Assembly: GCA_040285745.1 (NCBI GenBank)
Contig: JAUFOR010000001.1
Span: 248,001-312,000, forward strand
DNA length: 64,000 bases
DNA from: Barthelona sp. PCE
Taxonomy: Eukaryota
Direction of reading: 5' to 3'
In this document: piece by piece, positions 41,823-51,852 of the stretch
Layout of the letters: every line of letters starts with the position of its first letter
Numbering within the stretch: the stretch's first letter is position 1
Made by a program: the position numbers and the translations under genes
Notes under the pieces: generated by a model
Told to the model about the DNA's origin: nothing
What the model saw: the letters and a program-made list of their open reading frames with translations, nothing else
The model's database searches: none

Positions 41823-43106
41823 ATGCAAAACAATAACAGTCTCAAGAGCGAGATATGCAGTAGGTACAACCTATGCTCAGTATGTTATGAACGTTTTTTT
41901 CAGTATACACTTGACAATTTTTCTCAAATAGCTGGAGAATCACGAGATCGTATTTGTAGGGGCTGTTTTGGTATTTTTCATAACGGAGTCGGTATGTACA
42001 GCATCATTAAAGAACAGATTGCAGATTTTGTAACGACTTCTGATTTTTTTGTCGACAGTGTTCATCTCAATGATGCTTTTACACTTACTGTCTCAAACAA
42101 GGCACTCAAAAGCGAGCTTATAGAGTATGATTGCGGGTTTAAATCAGTATATTCAGTATTTCCATCAGTATTTTCAGTGAACCCCAATAGTAGGTCAATA
42201 GATCACACATCTTCCGCTCATCTTTCCCTCATCGAGCCCGATTTCAACCTGAAGGATATTAGAATTGCAGGTAGAAAGCGTTCAGCTGAAGATTTGGACA
42301 ACAAGCGAAAAGAATTGGTTTTGTCTGACATTTCGACTTACATGGAGAAAGTCCTTGCCTCATCACCCACCGACCGTTGTGATATTAAGTTGCGTCACCA
42401 TGTTAAACCAATTGTATTTGGTGGCCAGTATTCAAAATATTCGCGTTCGATTTCACAAACACCGTATGTACACGGGAAAACAACTGCAAGTGTTAGTAGC
42501 CTGATCGGGGACTGTGTGCAAGGGATTGTTGATTGTGATAAGTGGGAGTTTCACGGGAGCGGTCGCGAAGACATGGATGTTCGTATGCTAGGTGGTCGTC
42601 CATTTTATCTTAGAGTATACAACCCGCAATGTATTGTTTCAAGCAAAATTGAAGAGCTCAGAGATGCTCTTTCTTCTTTAGCAGATGGCGCAGTTGTCGT
42701 TAGAGAGTTTAATATTGAGGACGAGGAGTATGCTGATTTGATAAAGGAAGGACAGGATAGCAAGAGGAAAAGTTACCGTTGCCTTATTGTATGTGATGAG
42801 GCACCATCACAAGACTCTATCAACACATTAAATTCGATTGATGTTCTTGAGATCACACAAGGAACACCAATCCGAACTTTACACAGACGTAGTTTACTAG
42901 GAAGGAAGCGGAACATATACACACCACGGGTAGAGTTTTTCCAAGATACTAAACTGGCAATATTTTCTTTAGATACAGATGCAGGAACATACATTAAAGA
43001 ATTTGTTTCAAGTGATTTTAATCGAACCAAACCTAGTTTATCTTCGTTATTGCAACGAAAAACTGAAATTATTCAACTGGATGTTGCAGAAGTTAAATTG
43101 AATTAA
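41823..43106 (+). CDS. PUS10: tRNA pseudouridine synthase Pus10
   Basis: GQYSKYSRSISQTP, FHGSGREDMDVRMLGGRPF, Q.TPIR.LHRR, AGTYIKEFV..DFNRTKPSL. Confidence 0.95.
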   Translation: MQNNNSLKSEICSRYNLCSVCYERFFQYTLDNFSQIAGESRDRICRGCFGIFHNGVGMYSIIKEQIADFVTTSDFFVDSVHLNDAFTLTVSNKALKSELIEYDCGFKSVYSVFPSVFSVNPNSRSIDHTSSAHLSLIEPDFNLKDIRIAGRKRSAEDLDNKRKELVLSDISTYMEKVLASSPTDRCDIKLRHHVKPIVFGGQYSKYSRSISQTPYVHGKTTASVSSLIGDCVQGIVDCDKWEFHGSGREDMDVRMLGGRPFYLRVYNPQCIVSSKIEELRDALSSLADGAVVVREFNIEDEEYADLIKEGQDSKRKSYRCLIVCDEAPSQDSINTLNSIDVLEITQGTPIRTLHRRSLLGRKRNIYTPRVEFFQDTKLAIFSLDTDAGTYIKEFVSSDFNRTKPSLSSLLQRKTEIIQLDVAEVKLN

Positions 43107-43114
43107 TTAGGCAA

Positions 43115-43705
43115 TTAGTTACCAATCATTTTGGCTTTCATAGATTCAAGAGTATTTAAGAAATTAGTAAATTCGGTCAAGTTTAACTGGAAATTATATC
43201 GTTTCTCATCACCAATACCATACGGATCACAATCAATTAAAAGTGACATTTCAACAAAGATTTCCATTGCTTTCTTTACGTTTTTGGAATGGACAGTGGT
43301 GCCAAACACCCACTCGACATCAACAAGTTTGTTAAATGTAAGGATAGAATCTAAAACTTGCTTGTTAAGCTGCATGAACTGCTTAGAGTAATTTGATATG
43401 ATTGTGGTGATGATTTCCTCAACAAAACCGGCTTCTTCCAACATGGAACGTAACTGGGTTAATGAGAGTGCGTTTTTCACACAGTCAATAAGAAATGGTA
43501 AGAATCGCTTAAGTGTACTTTTGTAAAGAGGCTTTGAAAGACTGTATCTCGTGAAGCACTCTGCTAATTCTGATACAGAGTTGTCAAAACTACCAGAACC
43601 AGTTAAAAACCCAAATAGTTCAGAAAAGAACTCTTCCTTCTGCGTGTGCTGCGCTAACTCCTCACTCATGAGCTGCCCCATCGCTGCAAATTGTTTTGAC
43701 GACAT
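43115..43705 (-). CDS. COMM domain-containing protein (COMMD7-like)
   Basis: C-terminal NKLVDVEWVFG...FV.M.L...FQLNLTEFTNFL..LE COMM signature; about 196 aa. Confidence 0.82.
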   Translation of the reverse strand: MSSKQFAAMGQLMSEELAQHTQKEEFFSELFGFLTGSGSFDNSVSELAECFTRYSLSKPLYKSTLKRFLPFLIDCVKNALSLTQLRSMLEEAGFVEEIITTIISNYSKQFMQLNKQVLDSILTFNKLVDVEWVFGTTVHSKNVKKAMEIFVEMSLLIDCDPYGIGDEKRYNFQLNLTEFTNFLNTLESMKAKMIGN

Positions 43706-43744
43706 TGATAATGGTGTTATTCTGTTTTTCACTGGTTCTTTCTT

Positions 43745-45568
43745 ATGAGCACTTTTTACAACTTATTACCTGCGATAAGGGAGAATTACGCAAAGGATAG
43801 GGGATATGATTTAGATACAAAATACAGAATGCGCAGCCTTACAAGTGCTGAAGCATTTCATTCGATGGATTCGCGTTTTAGCAAGCATCCAGAAATATTA
43901 TCCGCTCGCAAGGTGATCGAGGAACTTCCTGATGAATTCTTTACGGTTGATAAAATCACTCAACACATGAACGCTGATGTTCAGTTGTTTGTTCTCTTCT
44001 TTTGTGGATATAATTTTTTTGATACACTAGCACTGTGCCCTTTTTTGTGCCAGCTGATGGAAGAAACAGACCTTTATGTTGAGACAAATCCTGTATTAAG
44101 GCAATGGCACACATTTTTCGCCTATGCTTTAGTCCAGTTTATGTTTGCTTTGAATGAGGCAGAGAGCAGGTTCCAGGCTGACTATGTCCGTACGAGTATC
44201 AGGAACGAGGTGCGTTGTCTGCTTGATCATTTCATGTCGGTCGATTATTCAATGATTGAAACCAACTGTATTGAGGGGCATGATGCATTCAAGATTATGA
44301 GATTCATGTTGAACCTACTGGACTTCGAGAGGATCCCATCGCCGTTCGACGGTGTTCATTGTGTAGATGGATTTAATTTAACTTTGGATACTTCAGATTT
44401 AGAACAATTGGTAAGTAATGGCTTTTCGTTTCAGATGGGAACAATCAAGGACTCAGCAGTCAGCCCACACATACGACCGCACCACGATGGTAGAGAACTG
44501 ATTAAGAAAGAGCTGTTGGGTATTAATAGAATCCTGGAGGATTTTCTAACAACAACCAACCATTTTGACTTTTTTTCTGTTTATTGCTTAAATAATTACG
44601 CAGACTGTCACATGTCTCCGTTTGAGCGGGTGGCGCTTGGTAATATAATTGATTCTATGGATATGATTAGTTCGCTCAAGGCTTTGTGCAAAAGTTTCGA
44701 TTTTGATTATGATACTTTACCGACCACGTTAGTCAACGATATGGCCGCCATGGTCGACGTATTCCTGGTGGCATTATCATTACCACGTGGTAAGGACAGT
44801 GCGGGGTTAGTCACCCGTCTGGGCGATTTTGTTCGTCTTGATGATGTATGTGACACTGCATTCGACCCTCTTCTTTTCTACTTTCTGGTCGCACAGTTCA
44901 TTCACGTAAGCTTCTACGCACGTGACCAGCTGATGTCACATCATGAGATGAGTTTATTCACTTTCATCGCACTCATGACTGTAGCACACTTATCAATAGC
45001 AGTGAAGCAGATGACCCCCATCGATAGCGTACCGGGCGTTCGCGGTGAGCCGATCCAGCATGTCACGTTGGAAATGGTTAGGTCTTTTCTTAAAGATTTA
45101 ACTGATGCGCTTGAAGTCCAGTTGATGGCGTTTATTTTTCTCGAAAAAATGGGTAATATCCCGAGTGCCTCACGTGAGCAACTGCATAATATCTTTAATA
45201 CTAGGTATTCACATCAAGTTAAACACTTGAATATCAGTTTCGAATCATTTTTACAATATCACGAACAAGAACCACTAATGCTAGCACATAAGTTGACTGA
45301 AATTGATACAACCCGCTTCGCAAGGAATCGTTTTGCAAAGCTAATCGGCAAACAATTGAAAGTTGTACAATTAAGTATAAAAATGAACAACAAACCAAAA
45401 AAGATGAAATTCACATTCACTTCATCATTGATTTTAACCAACATGAGGGATGGGAGATTGTTTAAGCCAACAGAGAAATATATGAACATGTTAATTGGGC
45501 AATCAATTTTTGATGACTTGAACTCGTTGATTGTTACATTTTCAATTAAAAATAATGCAAAGCGATGA
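43745..45568 (+). CDS. Probable NatC auxiliary subunit Mak10/NAA35, divergent
   Basis: LTSAEAFHSMDSRF and GYNFFDTLALCPFL resemble the Mak10 motifs MSAIE.MDPKMD and GHSLAQTVFTCLY; helical composition. Confidence 0.5.
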   Translation: MSTFYNLLPAIRENYAKDRGYDLDTKYRMRSLTSAEAFHSMDSRFSKHPEILSARKVIEELPDEFFTVDKITQHMNADVQLFVLFFCGYNFFDTLALCPFLCQLMEETDLYVETNPVLRQWHTFFAYALVQFMFALNEAESRFQADYVRTSIRNEVRCLLDHFMSVDYSMIETNCIEGHDAFKIMRFMLNLLDFERIPSPFDGVHCVDGFNLTLDTSDLEQLVSNGFSFQMGTIKDSAVSPHIRPHHDGRELIKKELLGINRILEDFLTTTNHFDFFSVYCLNNYADCHMSPFERVALGNIIDSMDMISSLKALCKSFDFDYDTLPTTLVNDMAAMVDVFLVALSLPRGKDSAGLVTRLGDFVRLDDVCDTAFDPLLFYFLVAQFIHVSFYARDQLMSHHEMSLFTFIALMTVAHLSIAVKQMTPIDSVPGVRGEPIQHVTLEMVRSFLKDLTDALEVQLMAFIFLEKMGNIPSASREQLHNIFNTRYSHQVKHLNISFESFLQYHEQEPLMLAHKLTEIDTTRFARNRFAKLIGKQLKVVQLSIKMNNKPKKMKFTFTSSLILTNMRDGRLFKPTEKYMNMLIGQSIFDDLNSLIVTFSIKNNAKR

Positions 45569-45571
45569 CAC

Positions 45572-46366
45572 TTAATTGATATTCTTTGTTCTAGGACTGA
45601 TTTTAAGTAAATTGTTAGATAAATCATCGTAATATGAATTTTCTTCCAATGGGCTAATGTTCAAATCAATGGAACTACTACTTAACGTCACAAAATATAC
45701 ACAATGGATGGCATATATGATTGTATATAGGTCATAAAAACGGAAAGTACCAAACAAGGAATCTTCGGTTGAAAACCACAGAAAAATGACACCAACAAAA
45801 AGAATTAAGCAGCCTAATAAACCTTTCTTTGAGAAGTCCAACTTGTATGCATGCAAAAACTTCTTTGAAGGTTTGAAATAATGCAGTATAAGAAAACCAG
45901 CACATAGGATAAAAAAAACAAAGTGAATAATTGTATAAAAAAAGGTAACTGTTTGTTCAACTCCTTCTCTACCATTGGCAAAACTTTCTTCAAATATTAT
46001 AAAAACAAGACAGACTACTATATCAAATAGAAGAACAAAGATAAGGTATGGTTGGCGTTTTCGTCCATCAATATAAACACAAAACCATGCTGCAAGGACG
46101 GCAAATGCAGATGAGGTCTGGAAACATGCAAGTGCTGCAATGATTGAATCAACCAAAAGAGTATCGTTTTGTGAAAAATAAAAACTAATATCAAGTGCGG
46201 CAGTGAACACTGCTTCAAAACCAGTGAGGAAAAAAAACCCAAAAAGAAGGATACGAGCAAGTTGCTGAGTATATCTGTTTCGTTTATATACCTTTAGAGC
46301 GTAGACGAAACAGAAAATTGAAAGAAGGACATTAGTTACGATCGACGGTATGTGTATATGAGCCAT
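45572..46366 (-). CDS. Hypothetical multi-pass (about 7 TM) membrane protein
   Basis: 264-aa ORF with repeated hydrophobic segments. Confidence 0.65.
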   Translation of the reverse strand: MAHIHIPSIVTNVLLSIFCFVYALKVYKRNRYTQQLARILLFGFFFLTGFEAVFTAALDISFYFSQNDTLLVDSIIAALACFQTSSAFAVLAAWFCVYIDGRKRQPYLIFVLLFDIVVCLVFIIFEESFANGREGVEQTVTFFYTIIHFVFFILCAGFLILHYFKPSKKFLHAYKLDFSKKGLLGCLILFVGVIFLWFSTEDSLFGTFRFYDLYTIIYAIHCVYFVTLSSSSIDLNISPLEENSYYDDLSNNLLKISPRTKNIN

Positions 46367-46550
46367 GTGTGATTAAGGTAGTTGAAAACTTGGAAATGAC
46401 AGAATTTAGGTGGGAAATCGCATAACGCCATTTTTGTGTTCAATAATGATGCAGATGGGATTATTCTCTTAAGTTTGGTAGTTTGGATCATCTATGATTT
46501 ATAAAAATCCGATATACAGGAGAGAACGCGAGAAAATCTTGATTTTCAGT

Positions 46551-46557
46551 TTTTCAC
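46551..46557 (+). promoter_or_regulatory. TTTTCAC initiator-like element (one example of a recurrent motif)
   Basis: TTTCAC occurs within about 45 nt upstream of at least 12 start codons in this window. Confidence 0.55.
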
Positions 46558-46590
46558 CTTTTTCGACTTACAAGCTTACTTTTTGAGTAT

Positions 46591-47586
46591 ATGAGCGTAG
46601 GAAACACCATCATTTTCGCGTTAATCGCGTTACTGATTATATATATTATCGTTAAGATGATTGGAGCATGCTATCTCGTCAGAGAGAAGGAAGTTATCGT
46701 TATTGAGAGCTTTGGAAAGTTCAAGAAGGTTCTTCATGCAGGTTTCAACATCACAACACCCTTTGTTGATCGTCCCAAGAAATATTGGTATCGTTATTTG
46801 AAGGCAGACACTAACAATGTTGTTGGACTTCACGAGAGACACAATATGACCCGCATCAACATTGCTAAGGTTGTAGAAGATTTTGCTGAGCAATCAGTCA
46901 TTTCTAAAGATAATGCCAGTGTTGTTCTTGATGCAACCATTTCTTACTATATTAGCAACCCACAAAAGATGATTTATTCAACTGTCAACCTCCCACAAAT
47001 GATATCCAAGCTTCTTCAAGCACAATTACGTAACGTTGCAGGAATGTTTGAAGTCGATCAGCTTATTGAGGATGCAAGCATTACCAACACCGTACAGGCT
47101 CAGATGCAGACAGATTGCGCCCGCTGGGGTGTGACAGTTGAATTTGTCAAGATTGCGCAGGTTAAATGTGGATCATTGGAGAAAGATCTTGAGAAGAAAA
47201 AGACTGCCGATTTGAACAACGAGAAGTTGATTATTGATGCAAAGGGTACCAACTCGACAACCACAATTGAGGCACAGGGTATTGCTAATAAGTTGAGAGC
47301 AGAAAGTGAAGGTATGAAGCAAGAGGTATGTGCTAAAGCAACTGGTCAAGCTGAAGCCGTTGTGAATAGGGCTACTGCAGAGGCTAGAAGTATTGCAGGT
47401 ATCAGCGCAGCCATTAAAAATGTCGGTGACCCAGATCCTATTGGTTATTTCATGTCAGTCAAGTACCTTCAGGTATTAAATCACCTCATTGCATCAAAGA
47501 AGGTTAATGTTGACATGTTACCTTCTCATTTGGCTAATTTACAGACGATGAAGAAGTTGGGCATGAATTCTGTCATTCCAAAATAG
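46591..47586 (+). CDS. SPFH/Band 7 family protein (stomatin-like/QmcA-like)
   Basis: N-terminal TM, VIESFGKF..VLHAG....PFVD, QSVISKDN, QLRNVAG, RWGVTV, A.G.A coiled repeats. Confidence 0.92.
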   Translation: MSVGNTIIFALIALLIIYIIVKMIGACYLVREKEVIVIESFGKFKKVLHAGFNITTPFVDRPKKYWYRYLKADTNNVVGLHERHNMTRINIAKVVEDFAEQSVISKDNASVVLDATISYYISNPQKMIYSTVNLPQMISKLLQAQLRNVAGMFEVDQLIEDASITNTVQAQMQTDCARWGVTVEFVKIAQVKCGSLEKDLEKKKTADLNNEKLIIDAKGTNSTTTIEAQGIANKLRAESEGMKQEVCAKATGQAEAVVNRATAEARSIAGISAAIKNVGDPDPIGYFMSVKYLQVLNHLIASKKVNVDMLPSHLANLQTMKKLGMNSVIPK

Positions 47587-47854
47587 AGAATCCGAAAATA
47601 ATAATGCTTTTGCTTTGTAAATATTAAATTCCTAAGGTGTAGATGAATTTATGTTGGGTGAATGTTACATTCACAAGGATAGGAATGTTGAATAGTGTGA
47701 AAATAGTGATATCATAGTTTTAACGGTTTTCGGTAACAATAGGGATATTTTATTTCAGGTAAAGCACATAAGATGCTATTATTGACACGGGGGAACTGAA
47801 GAAATAGTAAAAATAACGGCAGAACCTTCCTTTTTATATATTCACTCCTTCTAA

Positions 47855-48651
47855 ATGGCTATCGGTAAGAATAAGAAACGCTGGAAGGCTGTTAAGCGTA
47901 AGGTGTATGTTACCGCATCGTATACGTGTGTATGAAGCTTACATTTAGTGATCCCTTTGATCGCAAGGAATGGTACAGAATTCAAGCTCCCATCTCCATT
48001 TTCAACACCAAGTTCGCTGGTGAAACTGTTATCAACAAGACTCAAGGTCTTATCAAGGCTGAGGATCGTTTATTAGGTCGTGTCTTCGAGCTTTATGCTG
48101 GTGACCTCAACGCTGATCCTTCTGATCACTTCCGCGTCATCACTCTTCGTTGTGATATGGTTGAGGGTGACACTTGTTTGTGTAACTTCCACGGAATGCG
48201 TCTCACCACTGACCGTCTTCGTGGCCTCATCAAGAAGCGCCAGTCTCTCATTGAGGGTTACGCTGATGTTGTAACTGAGGATGGTTTCCGTCTCCGTGTC
48301 TTTGCCATTGGTTTCACCAACCGTCACCGCAACCAGATCCGTGAGGGTATCTACTCCAAGAACTACGCCAACGCTCAGCAAACCAAGAAGATCCGTGAGG
48401 CTTTCCTCACCGTTATCCGTGAGGAGGTTGAGGGAGTTACTCTTAGCGCTTTCTTGAAGAAGGTCCTTACCAAGGATTCCATTACCAAGAAGATGGTCTC
48501 TGCTGCTAACAAGTTCTACCCCGTCAAGGATGTTTACATTAGCAAGATTAAGACTCTTAAGGGTTCCACCAGAATGACTACTGACGTCGTTAGAGCTTTC
48601 CACTCCGGTTCTGCTCCTACTGCTGAGGGTCAATCCACCAAGCGTGACTAG
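47855..48651 (+). CDS. RPS3A: 40S ribosomal protein S3a (eS1); exons 47855-47904, 47949-48651
   Basis: Spliced MAIGKNK...KRKVDPFDRKEWY; GRVFE, NFHGM.LTTD.LR. Confidence 0.96.
47905..47948 (+). other. Spliceosomal intron of RPS3A (44 nt)
   Basis: GTATGT...GCTTACATTTAG; joins GT|T (Val). Confidence 0.94.
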
Positions 48652-48699
48652 ATCCGTGTTACAAAGTAGCCAAATAAAGAGTTACTATCTTTTATTGTT

Positions 48700-49989
48700 T
48701 TATGACTGTTTGTCTTCATCGTCATCGTCATCATTCGCTTGAATAAATTCCATACGTCCTGAATCAACTACTGTAAAGTTATTCCTTTGCTCATTTTCGC
48801 TGTTCTCTAAAGAATGTATTTCGATGTCAACTGTATCTTCAATGCAAAAATCTGATATTTCAGTATCGGTAGAATCCTTTTCGATTTGTTGGATCTCAAC
48901 TATAGGCTGTACATTATGTGCGTGATTCAAGGATTCACTCTTTTGCGTTCGGTAAAAATTATAACGACGTTCATTAGCTCGTTCAGGCCGTACCAGTTTT
49001 GGTTTTGTTGCAAGATGTGGATACTTCACATAACTAGGCTTTATCTTCCCAAAAAGCATATTCTTCCAATTATTCCACGTACCTTTTGAAAAACTTTCAC
49101 ATTTAATACCATATTTGATACTTTCATAAGTACCCAAATTCTTGTTGACCAGCATTATATGTAATTTCACAAGAAGAACAGGCCATGTGACGCCAATTGC
49201 AGTGTATACAAACACTATGAATGTTGCGGGATGATCTCCAATAGCTTCAGATAATCCACGAACTCTTGCGATAGTATCGTTTGACCACATAGATGTGGAA
49301 TTGATGTTAGAGTAGGTCTCAGCATACGATCCTGATAGACCATAGAGACGGATAATGGAAGCAATAATTAAAAAAATTCCAAGCAACGAAATTCCTAAGA
49401 TGAACAAAAAAAAGTTGCGATAATTTCGTTCGCCGATACATGTACCTAAATAAGGGCAGTGGTGGTCGAAGCGCTTGACGCAGTTGTTGCACACTGCGCA
49501 ATGTGATGTTCGAGGATGGCGGTAGATGTAACAAGTATCACAGTGTTTGCCCAAATCGGTATCGTTGTCCCAATATATCTCAACAAGAACAGGTGGAAGG
49601 TCGTCGGGGATAGGCACGTAGTCTTCTTCGCCTTCTCTTTGAACATAATCTGATCTTGGTAAGATTCCCGGATCAGTCAAAGCTGCTGCAAAGTTATTGT
49701 ACAGTGTAAATCCAAAAAGCAGAAGGAATACAATGACCACCCACGCAAGATCTTCATCCCATAGAGGAGATGCGTCTAGAAATAAAAATAAAAGACTTGG
49801 AATTACATATAGACATATTGTTATGATGGCAATTGGCTTATCTGGGCCAACAAATAGCCTTTTTCCACATTTTAACTGGACCTTTCCAGCCATTTTGTCA
49901 TATTTGTACAAATCTGATCGTAGTTCGGGTTCATGCTTCATTTGCTCTGCTTCATGCGTTTCACATTCCCCATCATGTTCAGTTGACAT
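48700..49989 (-). CDS. DHHC palmitoyltransferase (Erf2/ZDHHC9-like)
   Basis: TDPGILPR, CDTC.IYR.PRTSHC.VCNNCV.RFDHHCPYLGTCIG.RNYR. Confidence 0.95.
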   Translation of the reverse strand: MSTEHDGECETHEAEQMKHEPELRSDLYKYDKMAGKVQLKCGKRLFVGPDKPIAIITICLYVIPSLLFLFLDASPLWDEDLAWVVIVFLLLFGFTLYNNFAAALTDPGILPRSDYVQREGEEDYVPIPDDLPPVLVEIYWDNDTDLGKHCDTCYIYRHPRTSHCAVCNNCVKRFDHHCPYLGTCIGERNYRNFFLFILGISLLGIFLIIASIIRLYGLSGSYAETYSNINSTSMWSNDTIARVRGLSEAIGDHPATFIVFVYTAIGVTWPVLLVKLHIMLVNKNLGTYESIKYGIKCESFSKGTWNNWKNMLFGKIKPSYVKYPHLATKPKLVRPERANERRYNFYRTQKSESLNHAHNVQPIVEIQQIEKDSTDTEISDFCIEDTVDIEIHSLENSENEQRNNFTVVDSGRMEFIQANDDDDDEDKQS

Positions 49990-50390
49990 TAATAAATGCA
50001 GTGAAAAGGTAAGATAATGCTTAACCGCTTAAAAAAGTACCCTCAAGTTTAGAGATAATTTTTGTTGCTTTGAGGGTTATTTATACAAGCTTTCACTTGA
50101 AATTTTGTCATAAATTACGTATAAACACATATTTTTTTCAACCCATTTTTGTTACATATTATAACTGTTTAGCACGATTGTTGTGGGCTATAATATATTG
50201 TATAGTAATATGATGTACTATTTGCAGCTTTAAGAAGTTACCTGCGGTTTTTTTTGAGCGTTGGCTTTTTATTGTTTTAAAAGAAAAAGAGGTTGGTAAA
50301 CGAACTTTAAATTGCAGTTGTCACTCGATTTTCGGTACTTACTGAACTAAAAGTCATAAATTGCATTTTTCTTCCTTTTTCCAAACAAAC

Positions 50391-51836
50391 ATGGGGTTAG
50401 GCAAGGAACGCAGAGAAGAAGAAGAGATATACATCACAGAGGGCCTCGAAAACGAAGAGATGGGGCTTCCACTTCTTTCAGTTGAGAAGGGTACAGACGA
50501 AAAGGACGATGTTGACGTTGAGAAGTTAGTTTCGTGGTCTAACATTTGGAAGATGTCACTTCCCGCACTTGTCAAGGAGTCATTGGCATTTTTACCTGGT
50601 TTAGTACGAACAGCAGTAATTGGTCACACAAGTTACTCTGAGATAGGACAACAGGCCTTTTCTATAATCAGCTCCATCATGTCACCGATCGGATGGGTGT
50701 TTGTATTTCTTATTAATGGTGTCACAAGTCAGGTAGGTGGCGAATACGGCAAGAGTAAGTTCAAGAACATTGGTCGAATGATTCGTTTGGTTATCACCGC
50801 CGCACTCCTTCTCGGTTTTCTCACACAGATCCCGCTCCTCATCCTTACACCAAGTATCCTGCGCTGGTTTGATGCAAAGGATAAAATTTTTGAGCTGACA
50901 GTACCTTTTTTGCGCATGCGATTGATAACAGTACCATTCCTATTGCTCGCCAGAGGGACCACGGGCATCCTACAGGGCCTCCAACGTGTGAATTCCGCAA
51001 TGATTGTGCAGTTTATGATTGTCGGCTTTGATTTAGTTGGACATTACGTTTTTCTCACTTTACAGAAGAAACCATTGATTTATAGCGCCTACAGCACATG
51101 TTTTGCCCAGGTTGCTGCCAGTATGATTGGCTTTTTGATATTGGTTGTTCCCAAATCAAGCAAAAGATTGAGGATTTTTTCATCTTCCTCTTCTAAAGAG
51201 AAGAAAGAGGTGACTTGGAGTGCCTTCATTTCGTCGTCTTTCGTTCTATTCCTGCGTTCAGTTGCACTGCAAATGAGCTTTGTCCTCGCTGCAAAGGTTA
51301 CTTCCAATCAGCTGCCAACAAAGTACATGAGCGCATATCTCATCATTCTACAGCTTTGGTTTTTCAACTCATTTGTTATTGATGGTTTCGCTATTGTCGC
51401 CAACATGGTGGGGTCAAGACTCATTGCGGCTGGGGAACTGCCAGCGTTCCGACTGCTGAGAGCACGACTACTGTCTGTCACCGTTACTTTGGGATTCATC
51501 CTCATGGGAATCTTTTGGTTGTTTGAGGAGCGTATCCTTGGTATCGTTTCTAACTCCGACGCAACAATTGAGTTGTGTCGAAATGTATGGTACATTCTGT
51601 TAATAATGCAGGTACCTAACTCCCTCTGTTTCTATGGTGACGGATTGCTTCTTGCTGCAAAAGAATTCAAGTTCCTGTCAAAATATATGTGGGTTGGCTT
51701 CCTTGGCTTCTATTTACCTATTATGATGTTCCAATATATCGTCCCACCAATGTTGGATTTCACATTCATTGCAATCGCCTCGATGTCGTGTGTTCGTTTC
51801 ATGTCGGGCCTTTCTCTTTCGTACTACAAGTATTAG
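50391..51836 (+). CDS. MATE family efflux transporter (DinF-like)
   Basis: About 12 TM segments, GILQGLQ, LFLRS..L, DGFAI.A, DGLL.A. Confidence 0.88.
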   Translation: MGLGKERREEEEIYITEGLENEEMGLPLLSVEKGTDEKDDVDVEKLVSWSNIWKMSLPALVKESLAFLPGLVRTAVIGHTSYSEIGQQAFSIISSIMSPIGWVFVFLINGVTSQVGGEYGKSKFKNIGRMIRLVITAALLLGFLTQIPLLILTPSILRWFDAKDKIFELTVPFLRMRLITVPFLLLARGTTGILQGLQRVNSAMIVQFMIVGFDLVGHYVFLTLQKKPLIYSAYSTCFAQVAASMIGFLILVVPKSSKRLRIFSSSSSKEKKEVTWSAFISSSFVLFLRSVALQMSFVLAAKVTSNQLPTKYMSAYLIILQLWFFNSFVIDGFAIVANMVGSRLIAAGELPAFRLLRARLLSVTVTLGFILMGIFWLFEERILGIVSNSDATIELCRNVWYILLIMQVPNSLCFYGDGLLLAAKEFKFLSKYMWVGFLGFYLPIMMFQYIVPPMLDFTFIAIASMSCVRFMSGLSLSYYKY

Positions 51837-51852
51837 TACTAGTAAATATTAT

